A stretch of 63,964 nt of DNA, the filler included, from Collodictyon triciliatum (lineage: Eukaryota), in NCBI GenBank assembly GCA_043381765.1. It is 29 parts of 29 records of this genome, joined end to end, with 100 filler letters (N's around TTAATTAATTAA, not from the genome) between each part and the next. Parts side by side here need not be neighbours in the genome. Positions count along the whole stretch, not along the records: positions 51,660 to 53,799 come from JBHJMP010009433.1; positions 53,900 to 56,037 come from JBHJMP010009434.1; positions 56,138 to 58,276 come from JBHJMP010009435.1; positions 58,377 to 60,515 come from JBHJMP010009436.1; positions 60,616 to 62,753 come from JBHJMP010009437.1; positions 62,854 to 63,964 come from JBHJMP010009544.1; 23 more parts are not named here. The stretch is one strand, 5' to 3'. The notes beneath the pieces were generated by a model. The model ran no database searches, was not told the DNA's origin, and was given only the letters and a program-made list of their open reading frames with translations. This document shows, one piece after another, positions 52,630-63,964 of this stretch (positions are counted from its first letter, which is position 1; each line of letters starts with the position of its first letter). Made by a program: the position numbers and the translations under genes.

Positions 52630-53280
52630 NNNNNNNNNNNNNNNNNNNNNNNNNNNNNNNNNNNNNNNNNNNNNNNNNNNNNNNNNNNNNNNNNNNNNNN
52701 NNNNNNNNNNNNNNNNNNNNNNNNNNNNNNNNNNNNNNNNNNNNNNNNNNNNNNNNNNNNNNNNNNNNNNNNNNNNNNNNNNNNNNNNNNNNNNNNNNNN
52801 NNNNNNNNNNNNNNNNNNNNNNNNNNNNNNNNNNNNNNNNNNNNNNNNNNNNNNNNNNNNNNNNNNNNNNNNNNNNNNNNNNNNNNNNNNNNNNNNNNNN
52901 NNNNNNNNNNNNNNNNNNNNNNNNNNNNNNNNNNNNNNNNNNNNNNNNNNNNNNNNNNNNNNNNNNNNNNNNNNNNNNNNNNNNNNNNNNNNNNNNNNNN
53001 NNNNNNNNNNNNAAAAAAGAAAAAAAGAAAAAAAGAAAAAGGAAAAAGAAAAACCGGCATATTTATAACATTGTGACATATTTAATACTTTTACACATAT
53101 ATGAAACAATTCAAAAGATACAAATATAAACAAAAGACCGATATAGCTTTAGAAGCAGACAACGAAGCATGAATTAAAAGAAAAAGCGACGTGGAAGACA
53201 ACACATGGGCACCTTATCTCATACTTGGCCGAGAACGTGGCCAAGAGAAAGAGAGAAGAAGAAAGCGACGATAAGCGCAC

Positions 53281-53479
53281 CTTGTGTCTTGTCGACGTTT
53301 TCCCAAGCAGACGGGCCGCCCAAGACGTCGTCCACCTGCTTTCTGTCCAGCGCTTGTTTGTTGGTCACTTTGCGGACGATCGGAAAGCGGTACGGACAAG
53401 TCGAACAAGCAAACTGCATCCCAGAAACATCGGCCATCCCAACAAGCAGGAGATTCCCGCAGTACGGACAAAAGTTCAT
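53281..53479 (-). CDS. RPC11: RNA polymerase III subunit RPC11 (POLR3K), first exon
   Basis: MNFCPYCGNLLLV...FACSTCPYRFPI...RKQVDDVLGGPSAWENVDKT, followed by a GT donor. Confidence 0.95.
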
Positions 53480-54156
53480 CGCGTCTTTTCTGCTGCGTCT
53501 GTGTGAAATGAGAGTTTGCTCTGAACAAGTATCATAAAAAACCATAAAAAACCATAAAAAACCATAAAAAAACCATAAAAAACCATAAAAAACCATAAAA
53601 AAACCATAAAAAAAACAAAAAAAACCAAAAAAAACCAAAAAAAACCATAAAAAACCAAAAAAAACCAAAAAAAACCAAAAAAAACCATAAAAAACCATAA
53701 AAAACCATAAAAAACCATAAAAAACCATAAAAAACCATAAAAAACCATAAAAAACCATAAAAAACCATAAAAAACCATAAAAAACCATAAAAAACCATAN
53801 NNNNNNNNNNNNNNNNNNNNNNNNNNNNNNNNNNNNNNNNNNNTTAATTAATTAANNNNNNNNNNNNNNNNNNNNNNNNNNNNNNNNNNNNNNNNNNNNT
53901 GGACTAAATCATCACTACAAGAATCGTGTATCCTGTGAGATATAAATCTAGCGGAGGGAAGTATTTTGTGACAATTGACTTATTGTAATGAATATTGATG
54001 CAGTAGCAAACCCTTTTTCATTAAGCGCACACTTCACACAGCCTAAAGAAAAAAGGAGAATAATGATTATATGCGTTATAGGAAGGATCAAAGAACAACA
54101 CTTAATATTACTAAAATGCTGTTAGTGATATTTACCAACCATCGGTATCTTTGAAA

Positions 54157-56037
54157 ATGTCACGATGCCAAAAATAAATATTGAAAATATTGAAAATACA
54201 AGCTGAACTACCAATATGTATTAGAAAAATCAATATGTTCAAATTTTTCACAAACACTCACATAATCATGAAAACTGGAATTGGTGCCCGTACTTCCACT
54301 TGAGGTTTAAATCGTGTAAAATATAATGTGTAGTTTAATCAGTAGAGATAATAGAAAAAAGTATAAAAACCGCTCCTTATTACATTTACCGACTTCAGTA
54401 TTTATTCATCATTTATTTTGATAGATGACCCTGCAACTTTACCAATATTGTATTTTTTTTTGGATTTTACAACTTTGGAGCGAATACCATATTGAAGATA
54501 AGAAACCGTCAACCTCCACATGCAATAGCAAGAAATCATAGGCATAAATGAAAAAACCGAGCCCCTTTCCTGTCATGTATGAGAACATTCAGGATGATAA
54601 TAATTGCAGAATATGTAAGAAAATTGGTATATCTCATATGACGGTTCTATTCAATGCTGCCAATATTTTTTGTGCATTCTTTCAATAATTATGTCTTTTA
54701 GTATGCGATTGGAATGATGTAATATGCAAACAAACTTCAATTAGAGCCGTGAGAAATATATGACGACATAATCCGTTAGTTGTTACAGCTTCACTTGACC
54801 CCTGTTCAATTGATGTTGAAGTATTTTTTATGCGCCTCTGAGACATCAGTCGTGGAGTATCGGGGTCAATTATATAGTCATGGCTCACTGTGGTTGTCCC
54901 ATGCTATGATTTCATTCAACTTCATCTTCCCAAGTAAATATGAACAAAGTCATTGAGGCAATATTGTCTATGTTTGCTAACATCGATGAATACCAAGAAG
55001 AATTTAATAAATTGAGTTCTGATTTTAGAAAAAAGGGGAGAATAATCCATCAAGCCTGACGAATAAATTAGAATCTTTAAAAAAAAAGACATATATGAGG
55101 AAGAACTCAATCAATTATGCATATTTTATGTAATAGATGAGTGGTTACTCAATATAATCCATTACATGATAATTTGTCTGCATTAAACGAAATTGTGTCG
55201 CCAAACTATTTGTTTGCCAAGTGCATTAAATAAATGATAATAATTAGTATTAAATAAGGCATGCATTCAAAACATATTCAAATCATATTCAGAGGATTCA
55301 GACAAAAATAAATACAAAGCAATCGCATACTGCAACGTATGAAAAATATAGATTTCTTTTTTGATTAAACAATTCATACTCGATCTAAGGACTGATATTA
55401 CACAATAACCATCTTTCAATCTTTAAGAACTGAAACATTCCAGCTTCAAAAATAAATGGAAAAAAAAAAGAAACGGTTTATGATGTTCAATATATGATGA
55501 AAACCTACTTGAAATATAACAATTGGAAGGTGTGAGATGCAAAAACTTTAGTGAAAAAGGAACACATTTAATTGGAAAATTCATGAACTTGGTATATATA
55601 CGTCTTCAGAACCAAAACAGCATTATACAGTCGAACAATAAATCTAACAAAATGCATGCTTAATTCTCGAGTATTTTATCACCAAAGAAAATTAGGCTAC
55701 AAAGTGGATGTAATCTGCACAAATATAATTATTATTTCAGAGTCTTATTCATACCTTTGCTATCTTCATATAATTTAAATAATAAATTGTCTGCTCTATG
55801 TAGCGCATATATTAATCCAAAAAAATCACATTAAATTTCACCAGTTGCTCGGCTATAATATGATTTCATGGGATGCAAACTCTATTTAACTAAAGGGAAA
55901 CCGCCTCTGAGAATAAAACGCGACTCCATATCTTTTTTTCTGGCATTATACAAGATATAATGAGTGGTGCGTTAGGGATGCCAAGTGTGGTTCAGAAGCA
56001 TAGATATAAATAGAGAATAAACCTTGTACAATAATAT
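54157..56037 (-). repeat. Dispersed AT-rich non-coding repeat, copy 2
   Basis: Reverse complement of 29506-31382. For example cttctgaaccacacttggcatccctaac, gaccccgatactccacgact and ctcaagtggaagtacgggca are shared. Confidence 0.93.
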
Positions 56038-56335
56038 NNNNNNNNNNNNNNNNNNNNNNNNNNNNNNNNNNNNNNNNNNNNTTAATTAATTAANNNNNNN
56101 NNNNNNNNNNNNNNNNNNNNNNNNNNNNNNNNNNNNNAAAGAGAGAAAAGAGAGAAAAGAGAGAAAAGAGAGAAAAGAGAGAAAAGAGAGAAAAGAGAGA
56201 AAAGAGAGAAAAGAGAGAAAAGAGAGAAAAGAGAGAGAGAGAGAAAAGAGATAGCAGATAAACTGAGCCTCAAACTCCCTCTTTGTTACAAGCGACCAAA
56301 AGAGCAGCGGCAAAGCACCCTACCCAACCGAAGCC

Positions 56336-58128
56336 ATGAGCCGCATCTTTGTCAAGAAGAAGAAGGACGGCAAAGACGTGCGGATTGTTGCCAAGGAAGT
56401 CTACCTGCGAGACGATATCCCGTGCGGCTATCCGGGCTGTGCTGAATGCTATCCAAACACCGACGGCGTCTCGTTCTCGGCCTCTGCCTCCTCTGCTGTT
56501 TCTTCGTCTTCCTTTGGCGGACACGACGCAGGGCTCTTTCTGGGCGAAGGCGCAAGCATTGTGGTCCTCTTCGACACAAACATCTTTTTCCACCACGCAG
56601 ACTTTCTTCAACACCCCGATATTCGCAGCGTTGTTGTGCTGCAGACGGTCTTGGATGAGGTCAAGCATCGCAGCCTGGCCACGTATTCCAAGCTGAAGAC
56701 AATCATGCTCAATCCTGATAAGCATTTTTATTTGTTTCCGAATGAGCATCACAGGTTGGTGACCCCTCTGATGCAGAAAAGAGAAAAAAAAACGCCCATT
56801 TTATGCTGATTTGTCTCTCTTTTTTTTTTCCATTTTTTATTTTTTATACAATTATACTTTCTTGACATGTATGAACACAACTACACGTTTCATGACGGAA
56901 TGAATCCGTGAATCGATGCGTACATGATATTATCTTTATAGTCTTTTACATAAAAAAACAGATATATATATATTACATATATTACAGCCTCAAATTATAA
57001 CATATAAAACGTGACTATGTCCAGTATTTTTTTCGTCTCAACATTTAGAAATACATCAAGAAAAACATTTTTTTCACGGATTCAAATTCATTTGATAGTT
57101 TCTTCCTTTGCAACTTTGTGATTATTAGCTGAGGTTTTCTTTTTATATAAAAATAATATAGAGAAACTCATATATCAACCGATTCGAAAGAGTCTCCGAA
57201 TGATAGAAACGATAGAGGTAGTTTTTTTTCTTCCATCATCATGAGTTTATCGATGTTTCTGATTCTGCAGGAGCAATTTTGAGTAAATCATATCACATAT
57301 ATCCTCCTTTTTCTCCAAAAATTTTTTTGAATAAAGCTATTAGAAAAGCAGCAAAGTGGTATGCCAATCATCTTTCAAGCACTGGGTGTGAAGTTTTCCT
57401 GGTTTCCAATGACAAGGAGAATCGGAGACTTGCCCAAGAGGATAAAATAGCATGCGTATCGAGTAAGTACAAATTTCCACTCCGACCAAAAAATCTCAAA
57501 AAAAAAAAAAAAAGAAAGACTTTTCATAAATTTTCAGTTTTTTAAATAATATATATATTATCCTATTCCTGATGAATAATGCATTTATGCAGTTCAAGAT
57601 TATGTCCAACTTCTTCCAAACAAGGAGGACTTTGTTGATATGGTATCCAGGATAACGCAGCCTGATGACATGAATGAAGGAATCGAAAGTATATATGATG
57701 AGGTGAAGGAGCATTGGTGTTGATGATTTTAGGATTTGTAGACGTGTTCTCGAATATCGGACTAAATGATTTTTTTTCATTTCATGAAATTTCAATTCTC
57801 AAATTGACATTATATTTATAAAAAATCAACCCTCTTTATTGAATAGCACAAATCACAATCAGTGATAACTGCTGGTTTGAAATCTGGTCATTATATTCAA
57901 GTATGAATTTATTTTGCTCACGACCTTTGCACTTAGAGCATCATGACCAAAAATGAGGCAAGTCTGATAAATCAGAAAGCATCAAGCTCAAAATCACTTT
58001 TAATTTGAAAGGGGAAGATACGTTTTTCGAGAACCAACGTTTTGGAAGCCTTCGTTAACAGCGAGAAGTTCGAGGAAATCCTCATTCCTGGTAGGCAGCT
58101 ACAAAATCGAGCTGTTGAAGGAGATGTG
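56336..58128 (+). CDS. DIS3: Exosome exo/endoribonuclease DIS3/RRP44, N-terminal CR3, PIN and CSD1 exons
   Basis: KEVYLRDDIPCG...C..C, VLFDTN, VVVLQTVLDEVK, FPNEHH, ESPNDRNDR|AIRKAAKWYANHL, LVSNDKENR, and NRAVEGDV. Confidence 0.96.
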
Positions 58129-58509
58129 GTGAGATTATCAAGTTATTTAGTATCGAAAACCACTCAATCGAAATAGCAAATCAGCTTTTCAGTAGTAAAT
58201 TCTAAAAGGAATGTCCAGAAAGTATGAATGAATTTTATTATGATGGAAAATCTGCTGCTTTTTTTTTTTTTGTGAANNNNNNNNNNNNNNNNNNNNNNNN
58301 NNNNNNNNNNNNNNNNNNNNTTAATTAATTAANNNNNNNNNNNNNNNNNNNNNNNNNNNNNNNNNNNNNNNNNNNNCATCCATGCATATTACTCCAGGCT
58401 TTTTCTAGTTGACTTTGATTGGGTAAAGTATTCACTACATGCCTTAAAATATCAGTCCAGCTGACCCCCAGCGGTATGTTAGACAGGTGCGCATCCTAAT
58501 ACCTGCAGT

Positions 58510-58604
58510 ACATGGCCCCGCCGGCCGGCATTAGTAAATTGGGATGAACCTGGGATGAACCGTTCATCTCGCTCCAAATTTTTGACCAGCCGGCAGGGCT
58601 ATGT
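58510..58604. other. GC-rich fold-back (inverted repeat) of about 95 nt
   Basis: acatggccccgccggccgg (58510-58528) pairs with ccagccggcagggctatgt (58586-58604) with 3 differences. Inner arms aaattggga/tccaaattt and gggatgaac/gttcatctc also pair. Confidence 0.6.
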
Positions 58605-59634
58605 TCATCCTGAGCATATTCTAATATATTCAAAGAATAAATTGTGAAACTAATATTTCTATTTTGATATTTTCTTTCCTATTTGAGATGAACCTGTTTT
58701 TCAATCATACAACTGCAGTGTCACATTATATACTGCAGTACCTTTCTGTAAGGTCTTTGTTCATAATATGTATTATAAATACACATATATTGTGTTTTGT
58801 TTCATCTCCTTTTTGTTTTCCTTTAATATTTAGTCAAGTTGATTCAATATAAATATTTTGTTCTTTTCTTTTTCCTTATTTCATACAAGAATTCTCTCCC
58901 TTTTTCGCTCTCTGTTTTCTGTTATTTCTCCCTTGTCATTATTTTGTTTTCTCTGCTTTTTATTCTGTCTGCACTAGAAACACTTTGTATTTTCGTCCCC
59001 TACCAACCCTTTTTTTTTTACAGGTTATATTCCATAATTTACACCCAAATGTGCTCTTTTTGTTCTCTTTCGCTTCTATTGTTCGCTCTCTCGGTCGTGT
59101 TCATACTCTTACCATTTTCTCTTGTTGTTTGCATTGTCGTTTCTGAAATGCTTTATGCTATTCAATTTCAATATTTCTTATCCTTTCATTATTTTCATTC
59201 ACAACTAACTTTTCATACAAGCCCATCGATCGTTATCTTTCTTTTTTTTTCACTGAGAAGTAGCTTCACTATATGCTTCTTTCAATTTGTAACTTTTCTC
59301 AATATACATGAGGGGATATGGATGAGCTAATAATTCATCTATTGTAACAAGATGCCTTTCATCTTTATCCGAAACGCACAACTGCCTTCAATATGGGCCC
59401 AACAAGTACATCGCACTGTAGGGAATATATCAAACTCATTTAATTGTATAGATGAAGAGACTATACACTTTACTCTTTGATCATTGATTTTAACTCTATT
59501 CCATGTGTTGCATGCTCCATGCTCTTTGCTGTATGGTTTATTCTATGTATATATGAATTATGTGCTGAATGGTAAATGATGTATGCTGTAAGCCATATGT
59601 TCTGTGTTATATACTGTATAATACATGATACATG

Positions 59635-59850
59635 ATTTTTGCTCCATACTCCATGCTTCATACTCCATGATCTATGCTCTATGCTACATATTCTGTGCTG
59701 CGTTCTCCATGCCCCATGCTCCGCTCTTTATGCTCCGTGTTCCATGCTCCATGCTCCGTGCTTTATGTTTCGTGCTCCTTGCTCCGTGCTTTATGCTCCA
59801 TGCTCCATGGTCCATGCTCCATGCTTTATGCTCCATGCTCTGTACTCTAT
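59635..59850. repeat. Degenerate 7-bp tandem repeat (ATGCTCC)n
   Basis: Directly visible, e.g. ccatgctccatgctccgtgctttatg. Confidence 0.85.
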
Positions 59851-60839
59851 GATGAATTTTGTATACTTCTTTCTCTGTGCTTTATACTGATAGGATATGA
59901 TAAACGCTAATCTCTCTATACTCTGGAATCTGTTCTTTGGGTTTCCTCGTCGAAATTTCTGATTCTGTTCTTTTGCGTTTTGTATATAAATTATATCATA
60001 TCTGTCTCTTTTTTTTCCAAGTCTGTCATATGCATACTCTCTCATATCATCTCTGCTCTATTTTAATGTTCCATTTTATATCTACTCCACATTTCCACAC
60101 TCTTTTCCATATCTATGTATGGATGGTTTTTTTTCAGTGCATTCTTCTGTATTTGTATTTTTTTTATCTTTTTGAGTTTATTCTCTTCACCACTAAATCT
60201 TTTAAATCGTTTAATTACTTATATTTAATGTTCTTTAATGATTCATCAAATGGGATCCTAATTTGATTGTAATTGGGTTATATGCATGCATGGAGGGTTA
60301 CTTGATGTGTGCGGCGATTATGCTAATAACAGCATAAAAGGGGGTTGCAATTCTATAAATTAGAAAGAGAAAGTGAAGTTTGCAATTGAATCCTGAGGTG
60401 TCCGCTCAGCCGAAGATTCGCGTAGTGAGCAAGATTCGGAATTGTGGAGTTCATTTTAAAAATCCGAAAAATCATACGGAGGGGGGGTCCCCTTTAGGGG
60501 CCCGGAGTTGTTTTTNNNNNNNNNNNNNNNNNNNNNNNNNNNNNNNNNNNNNNNNNNNNTTAATTAATTAANNNNNNNNNNNNNNNNNNNNNNNNNNNNN
60601 NNNNNNNNNNNNNNNAAAAAAGAAGAAAAAAGAAGAAAAAAGAAGAAAAAAGAAGAAAAAAGAAGAAAAAAGAAGAAAAAAGAAGAAAAAAGAAGAAAAA
60701 AGAAGAAAAAAGAACCCAGAAACAGCGCCAAATCAGCGGCCCTTCCATCATTTCAAAAGTCTTACATATACATATATTGCGCACTTTATTCAAAGTTCTT
60801 ACACAACCACAGAATATTCTATTTCGCCGTGCGTGAAGA

Positions 60840-62726
60840 ATGACAGACACAAATCAGCCGCGACCCCCGCAAAGCCGCTTGCCGTGGGAAATCGGGGCAC
60901 GATGGACCTGCTTCGTCGCAGAATGGGCAGCAGAGCAGCTCGACTGGGACCACACCCTCCCACCGCGCAGCCGCACTAGCATCGGAGCCGCATTGCCTCA
61001 GTTTGCTCCGTGCCTTTCATTTCCTCCCGCTCTTGAAGCCGAGGCCAAGTCTGAGCCGCCCACAGAGACAAAGACCGCGGCAAAGACACGAGTTTCCAGC
61101 GAGAGAAGGACGGAAGCCAAAGCCAGGGCATTGACCGAGACCCTGACTAACGCACTGAGCGAAGGGAAAACAGGCGGAAAGCCCGCGACAGAGACAAAGA
61201 CAGATTCATCGACCGAAGCTAGAGGCGAAGAAAAGAACGGGACAAAGGCGGACTCGTTGGCCGATGAAGCGCTCGAAGAGAGGGCCGAGGCAAGAGCAGA
61301 ACCCAGGAGTGTGGCCAAGACGAAGGCATCGAGCGAGGCAAAGACCGGAGCGCTCCCCGTCGGGCTGCAAGGGCTGCTCGGGCAGGTGGAGAGCCACGTG
61401 CGTCGGTGGGGCGTGCGCTTCCCGCTGCGGGCGGTCGGGCAGCCGGGCGCGGCAAAGGAGTGGCTGCAGCGCGTGCGGTTCCAGGCCAGGCAGGGCTGCG
61501 AGGGCCTCGACTTGCTGCATGCGGCGCTGGACAGGCTTCGTGTGCTGTGGACGCTTCAGTGCGGCGGGTTCGATCCGGCCTCGCGGAGTCGCATGCCTGC
61601 GGCTGACAGCCTCATGCGCAGAGTCGTGGCGGCCATCGATGCTGCGGATCTGCGGGGGCGGCGGTGTGCCGAGGCAATCGCGTAGGTGTGATGTGGTGTG
61701 ATGTGATGTGATGTGATGTGATGTGATGTGATGTGATGTGATGTGATGTGATGTGATGTGATGTGATGTGATGTGATGTGATGTGATGTGATGTGATGTT
61801 GATTGATATGATATTGATGTTGATGTGATGTGATATCATGTGTGATGTGATATCATGTGTGGTGTGATGTGGTGTGGTGTGATGCGATGTAATGTGATGT
61901 GGTGTGGTGTGATGTAATATGATGCGATGTTGATGTTGATTGATGTTGATTGATGTTGATTGATGTTGATTGATGTTGATTGATGTTGATTGATGTTGAT
62001 TGATGTTGATTAATTGATTGATGTTGATTGATGTTGATTGATGTTGATTGATGTTGATTGATGTTGATTGATGTGGTGTGATGTTGATTGATGTTGATTG
62101 ATGTTGATTGATGTTGAATGATGTTGATTGATGTTGATTGATGTTGATTGATGTTGATTGATGTGTAAACTAAATCATAATGAATCGGCATACAAGGAAA
62201 AAAAAACTCACTTTATTTGATCATTCCATTTTAAATTCTCACTCATCTATTCGACCGAGCATTTATTCGTACGCGACATTTGATTGTGCTGTGCAGGTTA
62301 CTTGAGGAATTCTGCTCGGTAGCATTGAGTGGCTCCGATGAAGAAACTATCGACAAAGCCTTGTGTGAGTGGATGTCGGCCTGCAGATGGCCCGCCAGTG
62401 GAGAGAAGTGGCTGATGACTTGGATGGAATTCTCTGACGTGCAGAAGCAGCAGATTGTCAGCAAAAGGTCACTGCAGTCGATGTGGATGCGACCAAAGAA
62501 AGATCCATTTCGTAGAGCGAGAAAATCAAAGTTGTATCTTCAAGGATTAGACATCCACTTGAATGAATCTTGCCCACCAATCACTGCTGGTCTGCTTCCG
62601 CCAAGCATTCCCGATATCAGTGAATCGAGATTACAAATGTCTAGAATGGCTAGCTTCCCCCTAGCAAATGAAACACAATTTGGCGATGCGAAGGATAATT
62701 TGCTTCTTTTGCGCGATGTAGTGTAA
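60840..62726 (+). CDS. Unknown protein, first two exons; intron filled with (GATGT)n and (GTTGATTGAT)n
   Basis: A GC-rich ORF of 281 aa ends at a GC|gtaggt donor (about 61682). A tgcag| acceptor at about 62296 continues in phase with LLEEFCSVALSGSDEETIDKALCEW. There is an internal T/E/A/K-rich low-complexity tract. Confidence 0.65.
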
Positions 62727-63358
62727 ACTCTACAGAACGCATTATACATACACNNNNNNNNNNNNNNNNNNNNNNNNNNNNNNNNNNNNNNNNNNNNTTA
62801 ATTAATTAANNNNNNNNNNNNNNNNNNNNNNNNNNNNNNNNNNNNNNNNNNNNCTTTTCTTTTCTTCTCTTTTCTTCTCTTTTCTTCTCTTTTCTTCTCT
62901 TTTCTTCTCTTTTCTTCTCTTTTCTTCTCTTTTCTTCTTCTCTTCTCTTGCCCTTAGCTTCTATCATCACTTTATGAGATCGACAAAACCGAGCCAAGAA
63001 CTAATGTGGAGGCAACTGGCTGAATACACGAGCGCTATTATTTATCTTTTTCTGGAAACTATATCATGCTCTCACCGATCGCCGAACATATTCGACCATA
63101 TTCATAATCAATGCAAAAATAGACTCAGAATACATTTTTAACATATGTAATCGATTAAATGTCACAACGACCTAATCAGTTTTGAGTTCTCCACCTATCG
63201 CACCAACTCGCAAAACAAACATATAATCAACAAGCAGGAAATAACAGAGAAATAACCGCTGCGATGAGCCGTTCGCGCGAGAATGCCTGTTGTCTTTTCT
63301 CAAGTCTTGCGAAACTGTCCGCCTAGTAATCCATTTTCTTGCGCAGAAAGCCGCGGAA

Positions 63359-63671
63359 ATGAGTCTCGTCTTGCACTTGTCTGCCCGTCTGCTCCGCTCA
63401 TACTCTACACAAACACCGCTGCGCATCGCCCTGATCCCTGTTTGTAGTCTGCTTCTCGTCCGACAAACACCCGCTTTGTTTCCTTCTTTGCCCCGTTTAT
63501 TAATTGTCTTCGCCGATCTCTTTTCTTTTTGCATTTCTCACGGCATGGAATCCTCAACTCTGTGTGCGTGCGATTCAGGGCGACCACATCGGCCAGGAGG
63601 TTGTTCCGGCCGCAAAGCAGGTCCTCGACAAGTTGAACATGTCTCGCCCGGTCGAGTATGTTGAATTAGAT
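63359..63671 (+). CDS. Isocitrate/isopropylmalate dehydrogenase-family enzyme, most like homoisocitrate dehydrogenase, with a mitochondrial-type presequence (first two exons)
   Basis: Exon 63359-63439 reads MSLVLHLSARLLRSYSTQTPLRIALIP. Exon 63579-63671 reads GDHIGQEVVPAAKQVLDKLNMSRPVEYVELD. The family motif is I.LIPGDGIG.EV...A..VL. Confidence 0.85.
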
Positions 63672-63964
63672 GTGAGTGAAGAGAACAGAACTCAGAATGT
63701 GTAAAAGAAAAAAAGAAAAAAAGAAAAAAAGAAAAAAAGAAAAAAAGAAAAAAAGAAAAATAGAAAAATAGAAAAATAGAAAAATAGAAAAATAGAAAAA
63801 TAGAAAAATAGAAAAATAGAAAAATAGAAAAATAGAAAAATAGAAAAAAAGAAAAAAAAGAAAAAAGAAAAAAGAAAAAAGAAAAAAGAAAAGAAGAAAA
63901 TGCCTGATAACGTATGCAGCAGTTGACGATAGTCATCCACAAAATGAGAATAAAGTGAACATCC

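Noticed and set aside
60455..60515. GC-rich hairpin (cccct-tt-agggg) at a contig end as a transposon terminus
   Set aside because: No partner end or second copy is present in the window, so support is insufficient.
61683..61685. TAG ending the 281-aa ORF as a true stop or recoded codon
   Set aside because: It overlaps a gtaggt splice donor, and the next exon continues in phase.

Overview
This is not contiguous DNA. It is a concatenation of 29 short fragments (mostly about 2.15 kb) joined by artificial 100-nt linkers (N-run, TTAATTAATTAA, N-run). The fragments come from an AT-rich, intron-dense microbial eukaryote whose introns and intergenic DNA are full of microsatellites, and most contigs break at these repeats. 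Exon reconstruction by eye supports fragments of genes for an FG-GAP membrane protein, a RING-H2 protein, BCAS3/ATG18f-h, a Ras/Rap GTPase, an NPC1/Patched-like protein, OCRL/INPP5B, a ZIP transporter, a kelch protein, a SETD6-like methyltransferase, FUN14, CARMIL, an LRR protein, MCM9, RPC11, DIS3, a homoisocitrate/isocitrate dehydrogenase-family enzyme and several unknown proteins. The most notable items are: (1) an IS630/Tc1-mariner transposase-derived gene lacking its first catalytic Asp and carrying a long N-terminal extension; (2) a spliced gene encoding a divergent bacterial PstS-like phosphate-binding fold; (3) a composite repeat (about 54-bp modular array followed by about 275-bp units built on the same core) found on two separate contigs; (4) a 2-kb 9-bp satellite with an unbroken (Cys-x-x)n frame; (5) a Helitron-like 3' end, a fold-back hairpin, and a dispersed non-coding repeat of about 1.9 kb. 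No CRISPR, rRNA or tRNA was recognised. Adjacency across linkers has no biological meaning, so no multi-gene system can be inferred from neighbourhood. All homology calls rest on motif recognition, not database searches, and exon boundaries are approximate.
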